DNA from: a virus
Taxonomy: Duplodnaviria > Caudoviricetes
IMG/VR virus record: IMGVR_UViG_3300031732_000201
Span: 1-24,379 of that record
DNA length: 24,379 nt
Strand: one strand, 5' to 3'
Both the position numbers and the translations under genes were made by a program. Below the pieces are notes generated by a model. That model did not search any database. It had not been told where the DNA came from and worked only from the letters and a program-made list of their open reading frames with translations. Shown here in pieces: positions 16,854-24,379 of the stretch (within the stretch, counting starts at the first letter, position 1; each line of letters begins with the position of its first letter).

Positions 16854-17195
16854 ATGACCGGGATGAACGTACTCGGGGTCGCCGATACGATAGAGGCGTT
16901 CACGTCGCTGAAGAACGCGGCGCTCGACGGCCGAGACGCCGTATATATCGTCGGGACGAACGTCGAGTACGCGGCGTACGTCGAGTTCGGAACGTCGACG
17001 CAGGAAGCGCAACCGTACCTTCGACCGGCGGTTCGACGCGTCGCGCGGAACCCCGGTAAGCACGTCGGCGACATCGACTCGACCGGCGAAATGGTACGGA
17101 AGATCGCGCTCGCTATCGAACGCCTCGCGAAGCAGGACGCGCCAGTCGATACCGGTCAGCTTCAGAATAGTATCGAAGCCGAGAGGGTTCGCTGA
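16854..17195 (+). CDS. HK97 gp10-like neck/tail-completion protein, motif order permuted
   Basis: VGTNVEYAAYVEFGT, QPYLRPA, APVDTGQLQNSI. Confidence 0.88.
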   Translation: MTGMNVLGVADTIEAFTSLKNAALDGRDAVYIVGTNVEYAAYVEFGTSTQEAQPYLRPAVRRVARNPGKHVGDIDSTGEMVRKIALAIERLAKQDAPVDTGQLQNSIEAERVR

Positions 17196-17566
17196 TGGTT
17201 CGATCTGCTGCGCGTCGAGCGCTATCTCGCGCCGGTCGCGACATCTCGCTATCGAACCGCGAGAAAATCGGCGAAGACGATTACGGGCCGAACTTCGACG
17301 AGACGACCGACTCGCCGCATACGGTAACGGCGAGAGTCGACCGCGATACATCTGCCGAGGTCGTTCGCGACTCGTCGGGTAGCGAGGTCCGCGTCGACGC
17401 CGATATCCTCATCGAAGACGATACCGCCGCCGTGAACGACGGACTCGACGACGGCGGGCATAAAGGCGCGTCGCGCGTCGACGTCGACGGCGAGACGTAC
17501 GTCGTCGTCCAAATCGACCGGCAGGATAACGGACTGCTTCGCCTCGAAACAGCGAGGAAAGACTGA
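17195..17566 (+). CDS. Putative head-closure protein (SPP1 gp16-like)
   Basis: Position, 123 aa, beta-rich, C-terminal VDVDGETYVVVQID; TGATG coupling. Confidence 0.7.
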   Translation: MVRSAARRALSRAGRDISLSNREKIGEDDYGPNFDETTDSPHTVTARVDRDTSAEVVRDSSGSEVRVDADILIEDDTAAVNDGLDDGGHKGASRVDVDGETYVVVQIDRQDNGLLRLETARKD

Positions 17567-18063
17567 TGGCACGGGAACCGCGCGAACGACTGGTTCTCGA
17601 ACTCCTGAAGGACGACTGGGGGAACGGCGACGTCGACGACTTCGGTATCACGCCGAAGATATCCTTCGGGTGGTTCGAGGAAGACGTCGACCAGCCGCAG
17701 GTGACGGTCGGTCAGCCTGAAGAATCGCCCGTCGACGGCGGGCAGACCGGGTACTCGCATATCTCGGCGGACGGCGACCCCGGTCAGACCGTCGGCGGGA
17801 GTATTGACGTTCACGTCTGGTCGTCGACTGACGACCTCGACGCGCAGAACGCGTCGACGGCGAACCCTCGCGAATTCAACGAACGCGCTTGCGAGGAAGT
17901 GCAGCGTATCGTCAGCGCGAACGCGGCGAGTCCGACGAACCCCGCGACAGGGAACGACCCGGTCTCGTCGATAGCGTACGACGGACGCCAGCCGGTACCG
18001 GAACCGGACCGTGACGATGTCTTCCATTACGTCGCAATCGTACAGTACGGGTACGAAGACTAA
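17566..18063 (+). CDS. Putative tail terminator
   Basis: Position upstream of tail tube; PQVTVG, IDVHVWS, EEVQRIV pattern; TGATG coupling. Confidence 0.65.
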   Translation: MAREPRERLVLELLKDDWGNGDVDDFGITPKISFGWFEEDVDQPQVTVGQPEESPVDGGQTGYSHISADGDPGQTVGGSIDVHVWSSTDDLDAQNASTANPREFNERACEEVQRIVSANAASPTNPATGNDPVSSIAYDGRQPVPEPDRDDVFHYVAIVQYGYED

Positions 18064-18280
18064 CGAGGGCCGAAACCCCTCGCTTCGTCCCGAAACGGAC
18101 TGCTGGACGGCGGTTTTCACCACTTGATCTCGGGGTAACGCGGTGCGAACGCTGGTCCAGCACGGCGAAAACCGGCGTCGATCTTCGCGGGTCGGCGTCG
18201 CGACCGGATGCAAACCGGTCGGCTTTGTCTCGCGCCGGGAACGCAACGCCCGGCTTGCGGCGAAGTAGTTACCGCCGATA
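18064..18280 (+). ncRNA. Candidate structured RNA: array of about 8 adjacent hairpins
   Basis: Stems at 18064-82, 18087-100, 18101-162, 18163-74, 18174-99, 18201-21, 18234-54, 18258-77; recurrent YGNAA loops. Confidence 0.6.
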
Positions 18281-18305
18281 GCAGCGGGTGCAGATACAAC
18301 CTGAA

Positions 18306-18524
18306 ATGTGGATACAGAACACCGACTCCGAGACGTATCCGACCGAGTCGTTCAGCGACGAGTACCTGACGGACGGCGAGACGGTCGAGTTCACCGAGAA
18401 CTGGACGGCGAACGTCAGCGAAGATGTCGCCGATCGTCTCGTCGAGGAAGTCGACCACATCGGACCGTACGACGCCGACGACGATGTCGGCGACGAACCG
18501 ATCAGCGACACCAACGACAACTAA
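18306..18524 (+). CDS. Small acidic protein preceding tail tube
   Basis: ATG 18306 (in frame with track ORF 18288); VEFTENWTANVSEDVADRLVE; TAA-CAA-ATG junction. Confidence 0.7.
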   Translation: MWIQNTDSETYPTESFSDEYLTDGETVEFTENWTANVSEDVADRLVEEVDHIGPYDADDDVGDEPISDTNDN

Positions 18525-18527
18525 CAA

Positions 18528-19829
18528 ATGAGTACGAAAGCAGAAAGCGGACTGCGGAACCACCGCCCCGAGTTCGTTCGCGAGAACGTCGATAGCGACG
18601 GCGACCCGACGACGCCGAGCGACCCGTCGTTCGAGAAGCCGAGTGACCGAGTCTACAACATCGACCCCGGCTTCGGTCCTGGTCTCGAAGCCGAGCGAGG
18701 TCTCGGCGACGTCGACGCGGACGAACACGAGAAGGGGCCGGAAGAACACGAACTGACTATCGAGTACGCGCTTCAGCGCTGGTTCGTCGACTCGAACGCC
18801 GACCCGCTCGACCTTGCCGGCGACGGCGTGACTCGCGACAGCGACGGGCTACTGCCGAACACCCATACGTTCCTTGACCGCGAGGACAAGGGAACCGTCG
18901 CCGCGATGTCGACCGTCGAAGGACAGGTCAACGGTAAGAGCGGCGCGACCGGGAAGTTGACGCGTATCTTCACCGTCGGGAAGGGCGGGAAGATCGCCGA
19001 CGTCACGCTGACGGTCGACCCCGGCGACCAACAGCCGGCGCGCGTCGAGGTCACGTACCAGTTCGAGAAGATGCGGCGGTATCAGGTCGACCAGCCGGAC
19101 TCGGAGACGCTACACGTCCAGTCGACCGACTCGAACGATACGAGTCAGACGCTCACCATCGAAGACGACGGCGCGAACACGACCGAAGATATCTCGCTGA
19201 ACGGGACGACCGCCGTCGCGACGACGTCGAACTTCGACGATATCGACGTTCTCGAACTCGACGCCGAGACGGACGGCGACATCGAGGTATACGACGACGA
19301 CGCCGGTAGCCCCGGCGAACTGCTCGCCGTTCTCGACGGCGCCGACTCGTACGACGGTATCGAGGGCGACCATGGTATCCCGGCGCTCGGGAGCGGCAGT
19401 CGCGCGTCGGCTATCGGGAACGACTACCTGCGGACGCTGACCGACTCGATTACACGCGGCGGGAGTTCCGACTACTGGTTCGAGATTAACAGTAAGGAAC
19501 TCTCGATTGATAACGGTCTCTCGACGCAGATGCGGGACGACTCGCTTCGGATGCGGATACAGGAAGGGACTCGTGAGACCGAAATGTCGGTCTCGACGTA
19601 CGGCGAGACGCAGTCATACACCGATATCCGTCGGTCGCTGACGAACGACGGCGCCGACATCGTCTGGACGTTCCCGGACGTCACGACCGGTCAGGGAACA
19701 ATTACCCTGTCGACGGCGAAGCTCACCGACCCCGGCACCGGACCGTACGAAGCGGAACAGTCCCAGATGACTATCGACGAGACGTTCGCGCCGGAAGGCG
19801 GCGGGACGAGCGCGCTGACTATCGCGTAG
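18528..19829 (+). CDS. Major tail (tube) protein
   Basis: Between terminator and chaperone/tape measure; beta-rich T/S/D composition; 433 aa suggests an accessory domain. Confidence 0.78.
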   Translation: MSTKAESGLRNHRPEFVRENVDSDGDPTTPSDPSFEKPSDRVYNIDPGFGPGLEAERGLGDVDADEHEKGPEEHELTIEYALQRWFVDSNADPLDLAGDGVTRDSDGLLPNTHTFLDREDKGTVAAMSTVEGQVNGKSGATGKLTRIFTVGKGGKIADVTLTVDPGDQQPARVEVTYQFEKMRRYQVDQPDSETLHVQSTDSNDTSQTLTIEDDGANTTEDISLNGTTAVATTSNFDDIDVLELDAETDGDIEVYDDDAGSPGELLAVLDGADSYDGIEGDHGIPALGSGSRASAIGNDYLRTLTDSITRGGSSDYWFEINSKELSIDNGLSTQMRDDSLRMRIQEGTRETEMSVSTYGETQSYTDIRRSLTNDGADIVWTFPDVTTGQGTITLSTAKLTDPGTGPYEAEQSQMTIDETFAPEGGGTSALTIA

Positions 19830-19878
19830 CCGGACCGGATAGCGGGGAGACCAACCGACCGTACCACTTCGATTACTT

Positions 19879-20388
19879 ATGGCGAGTAACACCGACACCG
19901 AGACCGAGACGGACGAACCGACCGAGAAAACGACCGACGAGCAGATCGGCGTCGACGACGTCGACCTCAGCGACGGGAAGCCGCCGGGAGGCGCTATCGC
20001 AAGCGAGGAAGACTTCAAAGTCAAGCGCGACCCGGACGACGACCAACCGCTTCCCGTGTGGGAAAAAGTGCCGGGGAAGGACAAGTACGTCGAGGTCGTT
20101 CCAGCGCGGCAGGGCGACGCCGAGAAGTGGCTACCCGAGTCCGGCGACCCGAACGATATGTCGGACCGCGAGATGGTCGAGGTTATCAACCGGTTCTTCG
20201 CGACGCCGGACTTCGACCTCGACCCACGGAACGCCGAGGAAGAACTCGAAGACTTCCTCGCGTTCGGCGTGACGCCGCTTATCGTCGCGTGGTACAACGC
20301 GAGCGGGTTCGAGATGAGTCGCGGGATGGTGATGGATAACGCCGAACTGCTCGAACTCGTCGAGGGAAATACGAGCAGTGGCAGTTAG
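19879..20388 (+). CDS. Tail assembly chaperone (gpG-like)
   Basis: Between tube and tape measure; slippery heptamer near the 3' end. Confidence 0.8.
   Translation: MASNTDTETETDEPTEKTTDEQIGVDDVDLSDGKPPGGAIASEEDFKVKRDPDDDQPLPVWEKVPGKDKYVEVVPARQGDAEKWLPESGDPNDMSDREMVEVINRFFATPDFDLDPRNAEEELEDFLAFGVTPLIVAWYNASGFEMSRGMVMDNAELLELVEGNTSSGS
20364..20370 (+). other. -1 programmed ribosomal frameshift site G GGA AAT
   Basis: X XXY YYZ correctly phased (GAG GGA AAT); -1 frame open to 20660. Confidence 0.85.
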
Positions 20389-20660
20389 AGGCGCGCGCCG
20401 AGTGGGTACTCCACGAAGCCGGGTACGCGTTTACCGAGTCGCGGACGATATCGTCGCTGACGATGCCCGAGATACGGCGCCTGCTCGAAGGCCAGCGCGT
20501 ACATACCGAGATTCAGCAGAAACTCAGGCAGGCGTCGGGGAAGAACGACCCGTCGACGTCGTCGACGTCGGCGTCGGACCTCGGCGGAAAGGCGTTCCCG
20601 CGAGCGTCAGATCGACAGAAACTTCGGGAGTTCGACCGCCGAGTCAGCGAGGAAAAATGA
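20364..20660 (+). CDS. Frameshift extension of tail chaperone (gpGT-like)
   Basis: -1 frame reads KYEQWQLEARAEWVLHEAGYAFTESRTISSLTMPEIRRLLEG…, in frame with track ORF 20463..20660. Confidence 0.8.
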   Translation, partial: GKYEQWQLEARAEWVLHEAGYAFTESRTISSLTMPEIRRLLEGQRVHTEIQQKLRQASGKNDPSTSSTSASDLGGKAFPRASDRQKLREFDRRVSEEK

Positions 20661-20685
20661 AACTAACCCGACAGGATAGGTAACG

Positions 20686-23100
20686 ATGGCATTTACACCC
20701 GGTATGGAGCAGGAACTCGTGGTACAGGTAAGTAGCGACGGCGTCGGCGGGTTCGCCGGCGCGATGGATAACGCCGTCGGGTCCGTACTCTCGCTGAAGA
20801 ACGCGGTCGGACTCGCCGGCGGCGCTATCGCCGCGCTCGCGACCGGCGCGCTCGCCGAGGCGACGCAGGCGGCGGCAGAGTTCAACGACTCGATGGTCGA
20901 GATCAAGAAGGTCGCGAGCGAGGAAGTCGCCGGCGAGATGCGGGGCGAGATACAGGAGATGGCGAGCGAGATACCGATGGCGCAGTCGGAACTCGTCTCG
21001 CTGACGGCGGACGCAGCTCGCTTCGGTATCGAAGGAAGCGAGAACCTTCGGTCGTTCACCGAGGCGGCGGCGAAGATGAGTACGGCGACGACGCTATCCG
21101 CCGACGAAGCGGGCGAGGCGTTTGCGAAACTCGCCGAACTAACGGATACGCCTATCGACGACGTCGAAAACCTCGGGTCGGCGATAAACGAACTCTCCAA
21201 TAACTTCGCGACGAGTTCGCAGGAGATAGTCGACGCGAGTCTTCGGTCGAGCGGCGCGCTGTCGCAACTCGGTCTCGAACAGACCGAGATATTCGGGTTG
21301 AACGCGTCGATGAACGAAGTCAGCGAGTCGGCTGAACGCGCCGGGACGCGGCTTCGACGTCTCGCGCAGGAGATGCTGGACCCGAGGAAGACCGAAGACC
21401 TCGCCGCCGCGCTCGGTATGTCCGTCGACGAGTTCGAGCGGATGCGCGAGGAAAGCCCAGACGAACTGATGATGCAGATGGTCGAGGCGTTCGAGGAAGG
21501 CGGCGACTCTGCCGACCGGCTTCGCAAAACCCTCGGGTCGGCGTCGCGGCAGGCTATCGGCGGACTCGCGCAGAACGTCGACGGGCTTCGAGACGCGATG
21601 GAGACCTCGAACCAAGCGTTCGAGGAAAACACCAGCCTGCAACGCGAGTTCGAGAAAGAGATGGATACGACGCGGGCGAAGGTACAACTCCTGAAGAACG
21701 CCGTCCGTAATCAGGCTATTGAGATCGGTGAGGTCTTACTCCCGTACCTGAACGACGCGCTCGACGCGTTCACCGAGTTCGTCGACTCGGGCGACTCGCT
21801 CCTGAACACGTTATCCGGTCAGGAGAAAGCGTTTGGTCTCGTCGCCGCCGCTATCGGCGGGACCGCCGTCGCGCTCGCGACGCTGGTGTCGGGACCGGTC
21901 GGTCTCGCGTTCGCCGCCGTCGCCGCCCTCGGCGCGGCGTGGGCGACGAACTTCCTCGGTATCCGCGACGTCACCGAACGCGTTATCGACCGCCTCGCGC
22001 AACGCTTCCGGACGGTCGCCAGCATCGTCTTACCGGTGTGGCGACAGTTCGCGAGCGTACTTCAGAGCGAGTGGGCGAAGACCGGCGACAGCATCCTCGG
22101 CGACGCGCAGTATATCTTCAATAAGATAATCGCGGTTATCACGAGGGCGAGTGACATTATCTTCGACGGTCTCATCGTTCCGCTACTCGAAGCGTGGGCG
22201 GACGTATGGGAGACCCATATGCAGGGCTTCGTCAGCGAACTCCTGCGGACCGTCGACGTCGTCCTGAGTCGCATACGGTTCTTCGTCGAGGTCTTCGAGG
22301 CGATATGGAACCGGTGGGGCGACGAGATTCTGGCAGTTACGAAGTATATCTTCGACGGTATCGTTACGACGGTCAAGATACTGATGGACGCGCTACTGTC
22401 GAGTATCCGTATCGTTCTCGCGCTGATACGCGGCGACTGGAAAGAGGCGTGGAATATCGCCGCCGGGTTCTTCGAGCGGACCTTCAACACGATACTCGAC
22501 TTCGCCGGCAAGTGGGGTGGGAAGTTCCTCGACTGGTTGGGGAACTGGATTAGTAATATCCTTAGCGATATCGGCGACTGGGCGACCGACCTATACGACG
22601 ACTTCACCGGCGGTATCAGCGACGCGCTTTCGAGAGGCAGAGAACTATTCGACGACTTCGCCGAATGGGTGATTGACAAAATCAGCGGGATAGCGAGTTC
22701 AGTCGGTAGCAGTATGAAGTCCGCGATAAATAGCGCGCTCGGGCTACCGTTCGAGCATACTATCGGCGAGGTCGAGGTGAAAGGCAACACCGTCTTCGGG
22801 GGCGAGACTGTCAGTATTCCGGCGCTCGCCGAGGGCGGTATCGTGACCGAGGCGACGCTTGCGACGGTCGGCGAAGCCGGAAGCGAAGCCGTCCTGCCGC
22901 TCGACCGCCTCGACGACGTACTCGGCGACGTCGGCGGCGGCGCGTCGAGCGGCGACGTCGTCGACCGCCTCGACTCGCTACTCGCCGAGGTTCGGGAGTC
23001 CGGCGGCGACATCGTACTCGTCGCCGGCGAGCGCGAACTCGCTCGCGCGACCGAGAACGGGACCGACCGCTTCATATCGACTCGCGAGGTGACGCAGTAG
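20686..23100 (+). CDS. Tail tape measure protein (TP901-like core)
   Basis: AAEFNDSMVEIKKV, LGSAINELSNNFA, AERAGTRLRR; Trp-periodic helical C-half; IPALAEGGIV...VGEAGSEAVLPL. Confidence 0.95.
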   Translation: MAFTPGMEQELVVQVSSDGVGGFAGAMDNAVGSVLSLKNAVGLAGGAIAALATGALAEATQAAAEFNDSMVEIKKVASEEVAGEMRGEIQEMASEIPMAQSELVSLTADAARFGIEGSENLRSFTEAAAKMSTATTLSADEAGEAFAKLAELTDTPIDDVENLGSAINELSNNFATSSQEIVDASLRSSGALSQLGLEQTEIFGLNASMNEVSESAERAGTRLRRLAQEMLDPRKTEDLAAALGMSVDEFERMREESPDELMMQMVEAFEEGGDSADRLRKTLGSASRQAIGGLAQNVDGLRDAMETSNQAFEENTSLQREFEKEMDTTRAKVQLLKNAVRNQAIEIGEVLLPYLNDALDAFTEFVDSGDSLLNTLSGQEKAFGLVAAAIGGTAVALATLVSGPVGLAFAAVAALGAAWATNFLGIRDVTERVIDRLAQRFRTVASIVLPVWRQFASVLQSEWAKTGDSILGDAQYIFNKIIAVITRASDIIFDGLIVPLLEAWADVWETHMQGFVSELLRTVDVVLSRIRFFVEVFEAIWNRWGDEILAVTKYIFDGIVTTVKILMDALLSSIRIVLALIRGDWKEAWNIAAGFFERTFNTILDFAGKWGGKFLDWLGNWISNILSDIGDWATDLYDDFTGGISDALSRGRELFDDFAEWVIDKISGIASSVGSSMKSAINSALGLPFEHTIGEVEVKGNTVFGGETVSIPALAEGGIVTEATLATVGEAGSEAVLPLDRLDDVLGDVGGGASSGDVVDRLDSLLAEVRESGGDIVLVAGERELARATENGTDRFISTREVTQ

Positions 23101-23101
23101 A

Positions 23102-24379
23102 ATGCCCCGAGAAATCGTTATCGAACACGCCGACGGGAGTACAGATCGACTCGACCACGTCTGGCACGAGACCGAGGAAGACGTCGGAAAGGTCACGCAG
23201 GCGACGGTTACGGCACGGAAGACCGAGGTCGACGACGAAAGCGTCGAGTTCGAGAAGAACAGCGACGACATCTTCGTCGATATCGACGGAACTCGCGAGT
23301 TCGGCGGTCGGCTTCGAGACGTCAACCCCGGTACCGACGTCGTCGAACTCCAATGCGAGTCGTTCGAGTTCGCCGCTCGTCGCGCGGAACCGTCGAGCGG
23401 CGGAGTTCGATACGAGAACGCCGGCGACGATACGATAATCACGGACGCACTCGACGACGTCGACGCGGTCTCGCCGGGGACTATCGAGAACGTCAAGAGC
23501 GGACTGGGGTTTATCTTCAGTCACGCGACGCCGGCGAAGCGGATACGAGAGGTCGTCGACTCGACCGGCGGCTTCGTCAGGTACAACGCCGACCGGACGG
23601 TCGACTACACGGAAGACTTGGGGACGGATAGATCGACGGTGATATCGCCAGCGAACGAAACCGTCGTCGACCGGTTCCGCGTAAATGAACTCGGTGGCGA
23701 CGAAGAACCGACGCACCTGCGGATGCTCGGCGCCGGCGAAGGTAAGCACCAGCGCGTCGCAAACGTCGTTCCCGACGCCGACACGAGTTCGTACGAGAAC
23801 AAGTACACGTATCAGAGCGACTGGGAAAGCGGCGACCCCGAGGTATGGCGGGTCTTCACGAATAAGGACGCGCAGGACGAAGACACGCTCGCGGAACAGG
23901 CGAAAGAGATAATCGCCGAACTCTCGAAGACGAACGTCGAGGTCGAGGCGACGCTGGTTGACGTCGACGCCGACCTCGGCGACACGTTCCCGGTCGAGAA
24001 CAACCGGCGCGGCATCGACCGACGGCTGACGGTCGTCTCGCTTCGATCTATCCTGAACGAATACGGCTGGAAGTACGAAGCGACGCTGTCGAGTCGAGAA
24101 CTCGACCACGAGACGTCGGACTCGAAGACCCGGAAGGATACCGACCGCTATAATAAGGCGGTCGAGGGGACCGCCGTTCCGATAAACGCGAGCGGCGGTC
24201 GACAGCCCGTGAACTCGACCCACAAGTATCAGATGAAACTGTACTATCCCGGCGAGGTCGAGTACGAACACCGGCTGAACGTCCGGGTTATCGGGCTACC
24301 GTATCGAGCGTACTCGCAGGGCGCCGCCGCCGGCGGCGACCATACGCACTCGGTGACGGTTACGCACCCGGAACACTCG
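23102..24379 (+). CDS. Baseplate hub / Tal-like tail tip protein, 3'-truncated
   Basis: ATG 23102, frame appears open to window end (MPREIVIEHADG…); THLRMLGAGEG and YYPGE…PYRAYSQG…GGDHTHS resemble prophage tail/Tal proteins; absent from ORF track because it has no stop. Confidence 0.7.
   Translation, partial: MPREIVIEHADGSTDRLDHVWHETEEDVGKVTQATVTARKTEVDDESVEFEKNSDDIFVDIDGTREFGGRLRDVNPGTDVVELQCESFEFAARRAEPSSGGVRYENAGDDTIITDALDDVDAVSPGTIENVKSGLGFIFSHATPAKRIREVVDSTGGFVRYNADRTVDYTEDLGTDRSTVISPANETVVDRFRVNELGGDEEPTHLRMLGAGEGKHQRVANVVPDADTSSYENKYTYQSDWESGDPEVWRVFTNKDAQDEDTLAEQAKEIIAELSKTNVEVEATLVDVDADLGDTFPVENNRRGIDRRLTVVSLRSILNEYGWKYEATLSSRELDHETSDSKTRKDTDRYNKAVEGTAVPINASGGRQPVNSTHKYQMKLYYPGEVEYEHRLNVRVIGLPYRAYSQGAAAGGDHTHSVTVTHPEHS

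Larger units (their letters stand above)
1..24379 (+). mobile_element. Segment of a haloarchaeal tailed virus/provirus (siphovirus-like): replication module plus virion morphogenesis operon
   Basis: Co-oriented TerL, portal, gp7-like, protease, MCP, neck, tail tube, chaperone and tape measure genes in canonical order; strongly D/E-rich proteins; no integrase or att site in the window, so integrated vs free state is unknown. Confidence 0.93.

Noticed and set aside
18064-18280. CRISPR or mini-CRISPR array
   Set aside because: Hairpin stems differ in sequence; no direct repeats with spacers
214-24271. Many long minus-strand and alternate-frame ORFs in the track
   Set aside because: Shadows of GC-rich, GAC/GAG-biased + strand genes; R/S/V-rich, no motifs, fully overlapping well-supported genes

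Overview
GC-rich window with an acidic proteome, from a haloarchaeal head-tail virus or provirus (Caudoviricetes; siphovirus-type, as no sheath gene is present). All credible genes are on the + strand. Bases 1-5.7 kb hold a replication/regulatory module: a truncated ORF, a Zn-finger protein, a 1435-aa AEP primase-polymerase + SF2 (XPD/DinG-like) helicase + wHTH fusion, an HTH regulator and a CxxC protein. Bases 5.8-24.4 kb hold a morphogenesis operon: putative TerS, HNH, microproteins, TerL, portal, membrane protein, gp7/MuF-like protein, protease-scaffold, decoration protein, major capsid, head-tail joining genes, tail tube, frameshifted tail chaperone, tape measure and a truncated hub/Tal-like protein. 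The most unusual elements are the two long gaps in this otherwise tightly packed operon, both densely structured. Gap 11818-12297 carries two matching kink-turns, a ~100-nt hairpin and a tRNA-like element without a D-stem or anticodon loop. Gap 18064-18305 carries about eight back-to-back hairpins. Each lies just upstream of a block encoding a high-copy virion protein, suggesting an RNA-level processing or stabilisation system. All family calls and RNA folds come from manual motif reading; no searches or folding programs were run.
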